A model generated the notes under the pieces. The model did no database searches. It saw only the letters and a program-made list of their open reading frames with translations, and was not told the origin of the DNA. A stretch of DNA of 64,000 bases from Candidatus Latescibacterota bacterium (GTDB lineage: Bacteria > Latescibacterota > UBA2968 > UBA8231), in assembly GCA_965248265.1 (NCBI GenBank), contig CBDFJF010000002.1:928001-992000 (forward strand). The letters run 5' to 3'. How positions within the stretch are numbered: position 1 is the stretch's first letter; every line of letters starts with the position of its first letter. Shown in pieces: positions 51,838-62,460 of the stretch. A program made the position numbers and the translations under genes.

Positions 51838-53169
51838 GTGACAGAGAAAGAAACCGTGAACCAGGAATTCGGTCTGATCGTCCTCGAACAAGGCAAGCCG
51901 CAGCAGGCCCTGGCCAAGTTTTTGAACCTGCTGCTCAACTACCAGTACGGCCTGTCGATCATGGTGGCGCCCGACTTGAAGAAAGCCGCTTCCCTGCTTT
52001 CAGAGAACGGCGGACGCATCCGTTGTGTGTGTTCGATTCAGAGCGATGTCATCAATAGTGAGATCACCATCAAGGGTTTGAGCCTGATGGGGAAGATTCC
52101 GCTGTTCCTGGTGCTGCCCACCAACAAGCTGGGTCTGCAGCGCATGGCCTGCGCCAAAGCCGAGTCCGTGTTCTTCTGCGCCTGGGAGCGCGCCTTCACC
52201 CAGACGGATGCATCTCTGCAGCATGTCGTCGGCCAGGCGCTGGAGCAGCGCGGCATCGGCAACCTGTTCGCCGACCTGGACACCGTGCCCTACCCGGTGC
52301 TACAGCAACAGGTCGATCGCCGCCTGCGCAGCCTGAATACCCTGCCGACCCTGCCCGAAATCGTCATGCGCATCATGCGCCTGGTGAATGACCCGAAGAC
52401 AACGCCGGATGAGTTGGAGAGGGTCCTCTGTATGGATCCGGCCATCGTCATGAAGTTGCTGCAGGTCATGCGCTCGCCCGTGTTCACTGGAACGGGTGGC
52501 CGCTCGGCGAAGTGGACGTTGAAGGAGATCATCACTCGATTGGGCGTGAAGAAGGTTGGAGCCATCGCCCAACAGGTGAAGATGATCAACAGTCTGGTCA
52601 AACCAGAAGAAAGCAAGTTCGACATGAAGCGGTTCTGGGAGCATTCGGTCGGCTGCGCCATCATCGCCGACAAGCTCTACACGGAACGTCATGTCAAGCT
52701 CAGGACCGATATCGAGTTCAACGACTACTGGATCGGCTCCCTCCTGCACGACGTCGGCAAGCTGGTGATCGGCTTCTTCTTCTGGGAATGGTTCGTCCGG
52801 GTCGAAGAGCATCGCAAGGAGACGGGCGGCAGTTTTCGCACGGCTGAGCAGGATCTGGGTGACGTGGCGAGCCACGAACGCATAGGCCAGTTGATGCTGT
52901 TGAACAACGACATGGGGGAAGATTCCGTGTCAGCCGTTGCCAAGCACCACGAAGCGGCTGAGGAGGCTGACCTGGTGCGCCTCGTCCACGTTGCCAACAA
53001 CCTGAGCAAGGATCTCGGTTTGGGGTACTTACCCGGAGAGGAGCCAGAGTACGATGCCGATGTGCTGAAGGCGTTGGCGATCGATGAGGGGAAACTCCAG
53101 GCTCTGCGAGACCAGTTGGCTGCAGAGGTGGTCGACGAGATCAAGGCGATGGTCGATCAGTGCTTGTAA
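51838..53169 (+). CDS. HDOD domain protein with degenerate N-terminal receiver-like region
   Basis: LPTLPEI, DPAIVMKLL, FWEHS, LLHDVGKL, HH. Confidence 0.88.
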   Translation: MTEKETVNQEFGLIVLEQGKPQQALAKFLNLLLNYQYGLSIMVAPDLKKAASLLSENGGRIRCVCSIQSDVINSEITIKGLSLMGKIPLFLVLPTNKLGLQRMACAKAESVFFCAWERAFTQTDASLQHVVGQALEQRGIGNLFADLDTVPYPVLQQQVDRRLRSLNTLPTLPEIVMRIMRLVNDPKTTPDELERVLCMDPAIVMKLLQVMRSPVFTGTGGRSAKWTLKEIITRLGVKKVGAIAQQVKMINSLVKPEESKFDMKRFWEHSVGCAIIADKLYTERHVKLRTDIEFNDYWIGSLLHDVGKLVIGFFFWEWFVRVEEHRKETGGSFRTAEQDLGDVASHERIGQLMLLNNDMGEDSVSAVAKHHEAAEEADLVRLVHVANNLSKDLGLGYLPGEEPEYDADVLKALAIDEGKLQALRDQLAAEVVDEIKAMVDQCL

Positions 53170-53345
53170 GCGGCCGTCACTAGGAGCCTGTCCGAGTATC
53201 CCATTTGGGCTGCGGGGGCGTCATTGCCGCCGCTGCCAGCGTTCCGTTTCTCTCTCTGAATTCATCAATTCAGATCGATCACGCGCCTTGCCATCGACGA
53301 CAATGACGCCCCCTCGCCTATCAAAGCGAATACTCGGACAGGCTC

Positions 53346-54608
53346 CTAGCGTTTTTCCGCCCGTTCATTCAGGAACGCCTTCTTGAAGCGATAATCGCGC
53401 GAGGTGTCAACGGACACCAGTCCGGAACGGATCAGATGCCTGTTGACTGGGGTCCGGTTGCGCAAGTACACGTAGGCCAGCAGCGCTCCGTCCTCTTCCT
53501 GTTCCTCGTCCATTCGCAAGTACACGCGTTTTCCCCCCACGATCGACAGCAATTGTTGCACAGCGCGTCGGTTATGGCGCTTGATCGGCTTTACCCCAAG
53601 CAGGCGTACCCGCTTCCCTGACGACAGCAGCAGTTCATTCGGCGCGACAATCTTCTCAACTGAGAACAGCTCCTCGGGGCGGGTTTCGCCGCCGTCGACC
53701 TTGGAACCGTAGCGGGATGAGCGTGGATCGACCTTGAGATCGACGCGCACCGGGTCGCGGAACAGGTAGGGCAGGTCGTCGAGTACCGTCCCGTTGGTGG
53801 GGTGACTGTGGGAATGCTGGTATTCAATTCCATCCACGACCAGCTTGGATTTGATCACGGCCGCGAAGTCGGGGTTGATCTCGTATCCGATCGAATCGCG
53901 CTGCAGCCGGTGCGCGGCCAGAGAGGTCGTGCCGCTTCCGAGGAAGGGGTCGAGGACGGTATCGCCGACGAATGAGAACATCTTGATCAGCCGCCGGGGC
54001 AACTCCTCGGGAAACATGGCCAGATGCTGCTGTTGTCGCTCACCCGGAAAGTTCCAATGGCCGTTAAAGTAGGTATTCCACTCAGCATTCGACAGCTTCG
54101 AACGCTCTTTGAGGCTGGGGGAAACGACGGGCGCCTTGCCGGTTTTGCGGAACAGCAGGATGAATTCGTAATCGAGTTTGACGACGCCATTGCGTGGATA
54201 GGGGTAGGAACCCATTACACTGCCCCCGCCGGTGGTGTTCGTCGTCGTCACCTTCTGCCAGATGATGGCGCCCATGTAGTCGAAGCCGACGGTTTCGCAG
54301 AAACGGATGATCTCGGTGCGGATGGGGATGACCTTGTAACGGCCGTAAAAAGACGAGCGGGCGAATTGGTCGCCGATGTTGACGCACAGGCGGCAACCGG
54401 GTTGGAGCACCCGGTGGCAGTTGTTCCACACCACGTTCAAATGATTGACGTAAGTCTCGTAGGAATCGCTGAATCCCAGCTGGCTGTCGTGGCCGTAGTC
54501 CTTGAGTTGCCAGTAGGGTGGTGAGGTTATGATCAGGTGGACCGAGCGATCGGCGACCTCGTCCATGCAACGAGCATCCCCGAAGATGACGCGATGCTTC
54601 ACTGACAC
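53346..54608 (-). CDS. N4/N6 DNA methyltransferase (beta class) fused to a degenerate thermonuclease (SNase)-like domain
   Basis: TSPPY precedes DPFLGSGTT; HLAMFPEEL; C-terminal RVRLLGV...LLAYVYL...VNRHLIRSGL. Confidence 0.88.
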   Translation of the reverse strand: MSVKHRVIFGDARCMDEVADRSVHLIITSPPYWQLKDYGHDSQLGFSDSYETYVNHLNVVWNNCHRVLQPGCRLCVNIGDQFARSSFYGRYKVIPIRTEIIRFCETVGFDYMGAIIWQKVTTTNTTGGGSVMGSYPYPRNGVVKLDYEFILLFRKTGKAPVVSPSLKERSKLSNAEWNTYFNGHWNFPGERQQQHLAMFPEELPRRLIKMFSFVGDTVLDPFLGSGTTSLAAHRLQRDSIGYEINPDFAAVIKSKLVVDGIEYQHSHSHPTNGTVLDDLPYLFRDPVRVDLKVDPRSSRYGSKVDGGETRPEELFSVEKIVAPNELLLSSGKRVRLLGVKPIKRHNRRAVQQLLSIVGGKRVYLRMDEEQEEDGALLAYVYLRNRTPVNRHLIRSGLVSVDTSRDYRFKKAFLNERAEKR

Positions 54609-54611
54609 CCC

Positions 54612-55013
54612 CTAGCGCTTGCGTTGGGCGCGCAGCGTGCGTGCGCGTGTCAGCATGGCATCGGCCGACGTCTGTTCCCCGAGTGCCTTGTGGGTACGAC
54701 TGAGTGCGAGCAGGGTCTGGACGAGCTCCTCGCCACGTGGGTCGAGGCGTTCCGCTTCTTGCAGAGCTTCATCGTACATGCGTTGAGCGTAGGCGTAGTT
54801 ACCGCGGCCGTAAGCGCGGTCGCCAGCGTCCTGGAAGGCTGACCAATGTCGATCCTGGAAGCCGGCATAGGCCAGCCACAGCAAGAGGCACATCGCGATG
54901 GCGATCGCCACCCCCCAAAGAGCCGGGCTTGCAGCCGTCTTGTTGCCGCTGCGGGCGCGTCCGGGACGCGGTTTGCGCTTGCGCCGCGGTTTCTTGGCCC
55001 TTGCTTTGCCCAC
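54612..55013 (-). CDS. Membrane-anchored TPR-like protein
   Basis: Basic N-terminus, TM helix, AGDRAYGRGNYAYAQRMYDEAL TPR-like helices. Confidence 0.65.
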   Translation of the reverse strand: MGKARAKKPRRKRKPRPGRARSGNKTAASPALWGVAIAIAMCLLLWLAYAGFQDRHWSAFQDAGDRAYGRGNYAYAQRMYDEALQEAERLDPRGEELVQTLLALSRTHKALGEQTSADAMLTRARTLRAQRKR

Positions 55014-55019
55014 GGGGTC

Positions 55020-55190
55020 TCATCCTCCCGGCGACCGCGCTTCGTAGCCTGGACACTCCCGCACAGGTAGAGCCGGATATCGGGGATACTCTGGGTCTGA
55101 CGCCGATCGCGAACACAGAAAGAAGAGGGAGCCTTTGGATGACTGGATCCGTCGCGCGTGGCGGCAGAGTTCACACAAACCGGGATCCAT
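55020..55190 (-). CDS. Small Cys-rich hypothetical protein
   Basis: GLCELCRHARRIQSSKGSLFFLC...DPEYPRYPALPVRECPGY; four Cys. Confidence 0.7.
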   Translation of the reverse strand: MDPGLCELCRHARRIQSSKGSLFFLCSRSASDPEYPRYPALPVRECPGYEARSPGG

Positions 55191-55273
55191 TTCTGAAGTC
55201 TGGGAAGTTTCTGGTGTACCCACTCAGGCTAATATACCACATCGCCCGCGACACCACATGCAGGAGAGAACCC

Positions 55274-58063
55274 GTGTTGCCGGCATTAGAGCGTGAGAGC
55301 TATCTTCCCGCCATGTCGAATATTCCAGAATATCCGAGTCAGGGCCATCCAGCCGACAGTGCATCAACGAGTGTCCGTGGCAAGATCGTGTGGCCGGCTA
55401 TCGTGGCCGCCGCCATCGCCGGTGCTGTGTGGGGCGTTGTCGGGATCATCCTCCTGCCGGCCGCTGGCTTCGGTCTGGCATGGACCCTGATAGCTGTCGC
55501 CACCACCGCTGGCCTCTCGATCGCGGTGACCAGCTGGCGGATCCGGCGGGTCGTCCTCGATCCCACTGCCGCGGTCGCCGCCGTCATGACTCAACGCATC
55601 GAGGGTGATTCTGGCGCCCTGGTGACGGTTGAGTCCAACGATGAGGTCGGCCGGCTCGCCGCCACCGTGAATGACTTGATCGCCTCGGCCTTCAACAGCG
55701 AGGCGCATACCCATGCGATTCTGGACACCGCTGCTGACGGCATCATAACCGTCGACGATCTCGGCCTGATCGAGATTTACAATCCGGCGGCTGAGCAGAT
55801 GTTCGGACACGCGTCTGATGAGATTGCCGGCCGCCACATCGGCACCCTGCTGCCGTCCTACGAGAAGCTGCCCATCATGTCGATGGGGCTGGATGATTTC
55901 AGTTTCGATGACGACGAAGGCGATCGACGCTACGAGACGGAAGGGTGTGATGCTGAGGGGAATATCATACCGCTCAGCGTGACCGTCGGCACCCTGCCTT
56001 CCGAAGAGTACACCCGATTCGTACTCGTTATGCGAGACATAACTGTACGTAAACAAGCCGAAGCCGCTCTGTTGGAAGCCAAGGAAGCAGCCGAGCAGAT
56101 GAGCCGGACGAAAAGCGAGTTTCTGGCCAACATGAGCCATGAGATTCGCACGCCGATGAACGGCATCATAGGTATGACTGAGTTGGCACTCGACTCCGAG
56201 CTCAACGCCGAGCAACGAGAGTACCTGGAAGCCGTAAAGATTTCAGCTGACTCGCTCCTGCAGATCATCAACGACATTCTCGACACCTCCAAGATCGAGG
56301 CTGGCAAACTCGAGCTGGAGGCCATCGACTTCGACACGGTCAGAAGCCTGAGAACGGCGCTGTTGCCACTGGAGCTCAAGGCCCGGCAGAAGGGCCTTCA
56401 GGTTCACTGCGATGTGGATTCTTCGGTACCCCGCATTCTGCGCGGTGATCCGACCCGGTTGCGTCAGGTCATCACCAACCTGGTCAGCAACGCGGTCAAG
56501 TTCACCCACGAGGGCAGCATCTCCGTTCATGTACGGGTGGAGGAGCGGGCGGATGACGAGGTGCTGCTGCAGTACAGTGTTCGCGACACAGGCATCGGCA
56601 TTCCCGCCGACAAGCAAGCCCAGGTCTTCGAGTCGTTCACCCAGGCGGACGGTTCCACGACACGGCAGTACGGTGGCACCGGCCTCGGTCTTTCCATCTG
56701 CGTGCAACTCGTCGATATGATGCACGGACGGATCTGGCTGGACAGCGCCGAGGGTGAGGGCAGCACCTTCCACTTCACAGCGCGCCTGGGTTGGACAGAA
56801 TCTGTTGAGACTGACCTCGTCGCTGAAGAATCCCTCGTGGGTCTGCGAGCGCTCATCGTGCGGGACGGAGAGTCTGAGACCGAACTGGGGCGTCGTCTCA
56901 CGACGACGTTGCAAGGCTGGGGACTCACGGTCGCCGAAGCAGCACTTCGTGATAAGCTTGGTGAATTGCTGGTACCCGCTGATGACCAGGCCGTTGCCCT
57001 GGTGTTGTTGGATATGGAAATCGACAAGGCGACGGAATCGGCCGACCGCATTCGTGCAACCACCGGAGATGGTGCTGGTGTCCTCCCCCACCTCGTGCTA
57101 CTGGCTCGGGCGGGACAGCGGGGCGACAGCTCAAGGTGCCGCGATCACGGTATCAATGCCTACCTCGCCTCAGGAGGAGACGACGTCGAGCTCCTCGAAA
57201 TGATCCGATTCCTGCGCAGTGGGGGTTCGGCGCATGGCGATGTCGTGACGCGCCATACCCTGGAAGAGCGACGACGACCATTGCGTCTGCTGCTGGCCGA
57301 GGACAATCCGGTCAACCAGCGCCTCGCCACCGTGCTGCTGCAGAAGGAGGGACACCAGGTCGTTCTGGCCGAGGATGGCGAACAGGCCGTTGCCCGCCTG
57401 GCAGACGACGAAGATTTCGATGCAGTTCTGATGGATGTGCAGATGCCGAACATGGACGGTCTGGAGGCCACTGCACAGATTCGCCGCCGTGAGCAGCAGG
57501 CCTCAACCGGTAAGCCGGGTATTCCGATCCTGGCGATGACGGCACACGCCATGGAAGGCGACCGCGAGATGTGTCTGAACGCCGGGATGGACGACTACAT
57601 CACCAAGCCGCTAAAGAAAGAGGAGTTGCTCGAGGCGCTTGCTCGTGCGGCAACGCGTCGAGCCGGACGTGTGCGGCCACCGATCGCGGACGGCGATTCC
57701 GTCGAGGAAGCTCCAGCGGCAGTGGTAGCGCGGGGAGAGAAACTAGATTTCGACAGCGCTATAACCCGCGTCGGTGGAGACATGGATCTGTTCCGCGAGA
57801 TCGCCGAGGTCTTTCTCGAAGATTGTCCGAATCAGCTGGCGCGTATCGAGTCAGCGATTGAGAAGGGCGACGCCGAGGCGTTGCGCAGCTCGGCGCATTC
57901 GCTAAAAGGCGCCGTAAGCAACTTCGGAGCTGACGCCGCACGGGAAACGGCCTTGCAGTTGGAAGAGATCGGCAAGGAAGGGCAGCTGGAGAAAGCCGCT
58001 GTCGTGCACGATGAGTTAAAGAAAAAGGTGGAGCAACTGGTAACGGCTCTGGGGGCGATGTAA
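55274..58063 (+). CDS. Hybrid sensor histidine kinase (2TM-HAMP-PAS-HisKA-HATPase-degenerate REC-REC-Hpt)
   Basis: FLANMSHEIRTPMN, NLVSNAVKFT, DTGIGI, GGTGLGL, LAEDNPVN..LMDVQMP, AHSLKG; start is GTG 55274 (AGGAG RBS) or ATG 55313. Confidence 0.93.
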   Translation: MLPALERESYLPAMSNIPEYPSQGHPADSASTSVRGKIVWPAIVAAAIAGAVWGVVGIILLPAAGFGLAWTLIAVATTAGLSIAVTSWRIRRVVLDPTAAVAAVMTQRIEGDSGALVTVESNDEVGRLAATVNDLIASAFNSEAHTHAILDTAADGIITVDDLGLIEIYNPAAEQMFGHASDEIAGRHIGTLLPSYEKLPIMSMGLDDFSFDDDEGDRRYETEGCDAEGNIIPLSVTVGTLPSEEYTRFVLVMRDITVRKQAEAALLEAKEAAEQMSRTKSEFLANMSHEIRTPMNGIIGMTELALDSELNAEQREYLEAVKISADSLLQIINDILDTSKIEAGKLELEAIDFDTVRSLRTALLPLELKARQKGLQVHCDVDSSVPRILRGDPTRLRQVITNLVSNAVKFTHEGSISVHVRVEERADDEVLLQYSVRDTGIGIPADKQAQVFESFTQADGSTTRQYGGTGLGLSICVQLVDMMHGRIWLDSAEGEGSTFHFTARLGWTESVETDLVAEESLVGLRALIVRDGESETELGRRLTTTLQGWGLTVAEAALRDKLGELLVPADDQAVALVLLDMEIDKATESADRIRATTGDGAGVLPHLVLLARAGQRGDSSRCRDHGINAYLASGGDDVELLEMIRFLRSGGSAHGDVVTRHTLEERRRPLRLLLAEDNPVNQRLATVLLQKEGHQVVLAEDGEQAVARLADDEDFDAVLMDVQMPNMDGLEATAQIRRREQQASTGKPGIPILAMTAHAMEGDREMCLNAGMDDYITKPLKKEELLEALARAATRRAGRVRPPIADGDSVEEAPAAVVARGEKLDFDSAITRVGGDMDLFREIAEVFLEDCPNQLARIESAIEKGDAEALRSSAHSLKGAVSNFGADAARETALQLEEIGKEGQLEKAAVVHDELKKKVEQLVTALGAM

Positions 58064-58082
58064 CGCCAAGAAGAAGCTGGCG

Positions 58083-60089
58083 CTACCCGCCCCCTTCGAG
58101 TTTACGCACCGTGAAGGTGCGGTCGTATTTCTCGCGGATATAGGCTGACAGGGTATCGCGAAGGCTCGCGAGGTCTTCGATCTGTTTGCGCAGGGGGGCC
58201 AGGCGTCTGACAGAGGCTTCGAGGTCGGCGTAGGTTTTCTTGTTGGCTTCTTCGAGTTCCGTCTTGGTGGCGGCGAGTTGGCGGATTCGGGTGCTGAGCA
58301 GTTCCAGTTGCTGGCGCTGCTGGGCAATGACGTCGCGAGTTTCTCCGCTGCTGGCGTCCGGTTTGTTTTCGGCCGCCTTATGCAACTCGCGCTCCTTCTC
58401 CAGTTCTTCCATCTCCTTCTGCAGAGACTCCATCTGTTCGGCCATCTGCTTCTGCTGCTCTTCGTACACCTTCTTGTTCTCTTCGAAGCTGTCCTTGATT
58501 GTATCAATGCCCTGGAGGCCTTCGTCCAGCGTCTGGCGTCGCACGTCCAGATCTTCAGCGACATCGCGGGCATAGTGCAACAGCTGGTTGGAATCCATCT
58601 GCTCGAGCTCTTCCGAGGGCCTGATCTCCACGTCGCCCGAGGTCAACTCCTTGAGTCTCTGTACCTCAGCCACCAACTGATCCCGCGCCCGGCTGAGATC
58701 CTCCTCGAATTGCTCCAATTGCCTCTTGAGTCCTTCGACGGTGTGCTCACTAGCCCGCAAATCCTTGCGCAGTTCCTGATTTTCCTTGAAGCGTTCGGCG
58801 GCTTCGGCAGCGGCATCTTCCCCTGAGTTCTCTGCCTGGGCCTTGATCGCGGACTCCAACCGCGTCTCGAGGCCTTCCTGGTCCTCTTTGAGTCCTTCGA
58901 TGGTGTGCTCGCGCGTCTTGACATCTTTCTGAAGCTGGTCGATCTGTTGCTGCGCCTCTTCCGCTGTCACTTCGGCCTGCCTCCGAACCTCTCGGAGTTC
59001 AGCAGCGGAGCTATCGGTCTGCTGGACCTGTTCCTCCAGACCGGCGACCGTGCGTTCCAGGACTTCGATGTTGTGTTCCTTGGCCTGGATCTCCCTTTTT
59101 AACTCCTCCAACTCCTGGGCCAATTCCACGGCGGCGGCGGAATCGTGGAGTCCAGGTTCACGGATCGATGAGGCTGCCTCTTCAGCGTCGGAGAACAATG
59201 CAGATTCGCCTCCGAGATCCTCGTCTACGAGATCCTCGACGCCGGCGTCCTCGAGGGTGGCTACCCCATCTTCGAAAAGGCTGTGGCCGTTGCCACTGTC
59301 CTCGGAGGTATCGAACAGACCTTCGGTGATATCACCCGAGTCGTCGTCGGTCTCGTACCCTGCCGGGATGTCGATACTTGCATCCCGTTCGCTTTCGCTC
59401 GGGCGCTGAGCAAGGGCGCGCTCCAACATGGCGATCTTTTTCTCGAGTCGCTGCATGCGCTCCAGCGCCTTCGAGCCACCTTTGCGAAATTTCTTGAGCT
59501 CGTGTCGCGCCTTTTCGAGTCGTTCGGCCTGGCGCCTGTAGGCGAGGCTGCTCTTGAGTTCCTCCTCCGTCGGGATGAACATCCCGGTGTCGGGATCGAA
59601 GCGTTGAACGAAGTCCTCGAAGATTTCGGGCTGGCTGGCCAACAATCGCTGAATGTCCTCATCGACGGCGGCTTCAATGTCGACGGACGAGATGCGGCCG
59701 TTGTTGCTGTTTGCCGAATGGTTGGAGTCGTCGGTCTCTTCCAGAAACTGGTCGACGAGTTTGCGAAAGGCCGGGAACCCGGTCGCCGTCAATCGCTCCC
59801 ATTTTTCGGTGCCGAAACCGCACACCTGGAGCATGTCAGAGACCGACTCGAGGTCCAGCTTGACGAATTCGTCAAGCTCCTGACGCATGTAGGACTCCCA
59901 GCCCGGTGTATAGCGGCGTGGCAGCTCCGGCAGATTGTCGAGCGAGGACTCGCGGAATTTGACGTAATAGCGGGCAAACACGCCGGAGACCAGAGAATGC
60001 CAACGCTGCTTCTTGGCAATAGCCTCTTTCAGCTGTTGCTGCGTAGACAGCCCCAGCATGCCCAAGAGGACATTTACACTGCTGGGCAT
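58083..60089 (-). CDS. Large acidic coiled-coil hypothetical protein
   Basis: 668-aa ORF; globular N-terminus, acidic linker, roughly 350 aa of heptad-rich coil. Confidence 0.8.
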   Translation of the reverse strand: MPSSVNVLLGMLGLSTQQQLKEAIAKKQRWHSLVSGVFARYYVKFRESSLDNLPELPRRYTPGWESYMRQELDEFVKLDLESVSDMLQVCGFGTEKWERLTATGFPAFRKLVDQFLEETDDSNHSANSNNGRISSVDIEAAVDEDIQRLLASQPEIFEDFVQRFDPDTGMFIPTEEELKSSLAYRRQAERLEKARHELKKFRKGGSKALERMQRLEKKIAMLERALAQRPSESERDASIDIPAGYETDDDSGDITEGLFDTSEDSGNGHSLFEDGVATLEDAGVEDLVDEDLGGESALFSDAEEAASSIREPGLHDSAAAVELAQELEELKREIQAKEHNIEVLERTVAGLEEQVQQTDSSAAELREVRRQAEVTAEEAQQQIDQLQKDVKTREHTIEGLKEDQEGLETRLESAIKAQAENSGEDAAAEAAERFKENQELRKDLRASEHTVEGLKRQLEQFEEDLSRARDQLVAEVQRLKELTSGDVEIRPSEELEQMDSNQLLHYARDVAEDLDVRRQTLDEGLQGIDTIKDSFEENKKVYEEQQKQMAEQMESLQKEMEELEKERELHKAAENKPDASSGETRDVIAQQRQQLELLSTRIRQLAATKTELEEANKKTYADLEASVRRLAPLRKQIEDLASLRDTLSAYIREKYDRTFTVRKLEGGG

Positions 60090-60278
60090 TGCCGCGAGGT
60101 CGAGGTCTTGAGGGGAGTCATTTCCACACCAATTGGCGGTCGGTCCGACAGGGCGTCCGAAAAACCATCATGTTTATCTATAGTATATCGACAGGAGCTG
60201 CAACCTCTTGGGGGTGGAGAATTTGAAGGCAGCAGGCGAATAACTTATAACTATTTAAAAATAAAACACTTGCGTAAG

Positions 60279-62093
60279 TTACTCCGGGCGCCAAATACCG
60301 TCGCGACCCTTCTCGACCACACGCTTGGCGCCACGTCTTTTGACAGGTTCAAGCTCTCCGGTTTCGGAGTCGCGTTGAGCGATTACACGGGCCTCCGGGT
60401 CATCCGGGTCGATGATGATCTTATAGGGAATGCGCCGCATTTGTCCGGCGACTCGAACCTCGACACGGCCGATGATGGCACCCTTGCCCTTTTCGTCTTC
60501 GGAGAGGTCGTCGGCAGCTGACAATTCGTCGTCTTCGGGCGCCGCCGCGGCGACGTCCTCGGAACTCTCCTCCTGCTGTTCCTGTCGCTCGGCGACCACT
60601 TTCTGTTCAATGGAGTCGATGATACTGCTGCCCCTCTCTTCGATCTCTTCCTTTTCGTCGCTCGTCAGATCCTTGAACACGCGCCGCAACCGTCGCTGAA
60701 GGAAATTCTCCGCCTGCTTTCGAGCCTCTTCCATGTCGTCAGTGGCATGGAAGAACTCCTCGACGGTCAGTTGAACCTTCAGCATCCGGATCTCTTTGCG
60801 CCACGGTGTCGGCTTGATCAGGTGGTTGATTATGGCGATCAGACAACGCATGTCGGCGGCGGGGCGCACGCGACTGGCGCTGTCCTCCCCATTCAATCTG
60901 TCCGACATCTCCTCAGAAGACTGTTCGCGTAACTGATCGACGAAATCTTCTTCGATGGTCAGGTTGCCGATGCGTTCGGCTCCGCGCTTGACGACGTAGC
61001 TGTAGGGAGGGAGGCCGACCGAAATCATGCGGACTTCCTGATCATTGCGGTCCATGATGTCGATGACCTCATGGAGCAGTTCCGAATCGGCGGCCAGGTC
61101 TGTCACCGCTCGAGTCATCGTTTCGCCACCCTTTTCCTCGTCCAGGAGGCCCTTGTTGAAGATCAGGAATCGAAGGGCTTCGTGGTTCGAGGGCGATATG
61201 CGTTTCATCGCCTCGAAGGTCTGGACGAAGCGCACGGCGTAGTCCACGGCGCTGGCCAGTTTGCGTTCGATCTCGTCCCTCGCATCCTGGCCCAGGACAG
61301 AGTTGCGCAGACGCTCTCCTTCGGCACGGTCGATCTCGCCACTGGCAACCCGTTCATCGATGTCGCTAAGCGCCCTGACCTTTTCACCCTCCTCGCTGGA
61401 TATGAAGCCCTGCTGGACATAGGAATCGACGTGTTTGCCGGCATTGGCGATCGCGCGTTCGGTGATGGCGGCTCGAGTCTGGTTCTCCGCTGACGAGCGC
61501 TCATCCACCTCGGTTTGGGACACGGTACCGTCGCTGACGGCCTCCTGGGCCTCCGGGCTCACAGGTAGCGGTGGCGCCTCCTCGGCACTCAGCGGTTCCG
61601 CTGGGTCGTGCGGCTGAATGAGTTCTTTGCTGCCGTTGACGACTTCGATGGCGTGACTGACGCAGATCTGAGAATCGATCATTGAGGGATCGACGCGGAC
61701 ATCCTCGAGAAACCCCTGCACCCATCCCCGAGTTTTGAAACGCTCGATGCTGTTTTCGCCGACCTGTTCTATCCTGATCGGGTCCCAGTCCAACTTGAAC
61801 ACACCGGACTGGAACGCCCTGGTGACACTATTCTGGACGCCGCGGGCGACGAGTCTATCGGGATGCTCAGTGTTGAAGCTCTGAATCGCCTGGCGGAACA
61901 GTTCCTTGAGGGTCTCCGTGGCACCGGATCCAGTTACGGCGAGGTACTCCGACTCGATGGCGAGTTGATAGTCCTGTGTCGTGATCAGCGAATCACCACG
62001 ATCCAGGCGTACAAAGATCCGCTCCCAGAGCTGGTCATGCACCTCGTCAGGGAGAATGGTGTAGGTGTCGGGTACGGTCGATCCGTTTATCAT
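60279..62093 (-). CDS. Hypothetical acidic protein
   Basis: 604-aa ORF with host-like codon usage; no family recognised. Confidence 0.8.
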   Translation of the reverse strand: MINGSTVPDTYTILPDEVHDQLWERIFVRLDRGDSLITTQDYQLAIESEYLAVTGSGATETLKELFRQAIQSFNTEHPDRLVARGVQNSVTRAFQSGVFKLDWDPIRIEQVGENSIERFKTRGWVQGFLEDVRVDPSMIDSQICVSHAIEVVNGSKELIQPHDPAEPLSAEEAPPLPVSPEAQEAVSDGTVSQTEVDERSSAENQTRAAITERAIANAGKHVDSYVQQGFISSEEGEKVRALSDIDERVASGEIDRAEGERLRNSVLGQDARDEIERKLASAVDYAVRFVQTFEAMKRISPSNHEALRFLIFNKGLLDEEKGGETMTRAVTDLAADSELLHEVIDIMDRNDQEVRMISVGLPPYSYVVKRGAERIGNLTIEEDFVDQLREQSSEEMSDRLNGEDSASRVRPAADMRCLIAIINHLIKPTPWRKEIRMLKVQLTVEEFFHATDDMEEARKQAENFLQRRLRRVFKDLTSDEKEEIEERGSSIIDSIEQKVVAERQEQQEESSEDVAAAAPEDDELSAADDLSEDEKGKGAIIGRVEVRVAGQMRRIPYKIIIDPDDPEARVIAQRDSETGELEPVKRRGAKRVVEKGRDGIWRPE

Positions 62094-62460
62094 GTCAATT
62101 TCAGCAAGTCGTACCGGGTGCCAGCGGCAAAACGCGCGCCGGAGAGCTACAAAATGGCATACCTGTACAATTAATGATTACAGTAGCGAATGCCAAGCCA
62201 GCTGGTTTTGATAACATGCAAAATTCTCTCAATTCAGATAAACAGCTCTCGACCGACATCCGTATGTTATGTAAATACAATGTGTTATAGATCTACGTGA
62301 AAGAGCAATCAAGACAAATTTGGGATCTCAGGTAAGGAAGTGGTCGCCCACTGAGCGATATAGTGGGGCAAGACGCACGACATAACAATGATCCAGGTCA
62401 CGTTTGGGGTGATATACCCAAAATAAGGTCAAATGGCCCACCCAGCTCGAGAGTACTCAA

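Noticed and set aside
54704-55273. N-terminal extension of the 1119-aa kinase ORF
   Set aside because: It overlaps two plausible minus-strand genes; the real start is at 55274 or 55313.
60239-60280. AT-rich intergenic patch (also 62260-62290) as a dif or att site
   Set aside because: No convincing XerC/XerD arms and no integrase; more likely promoter or IHF-like DNA.
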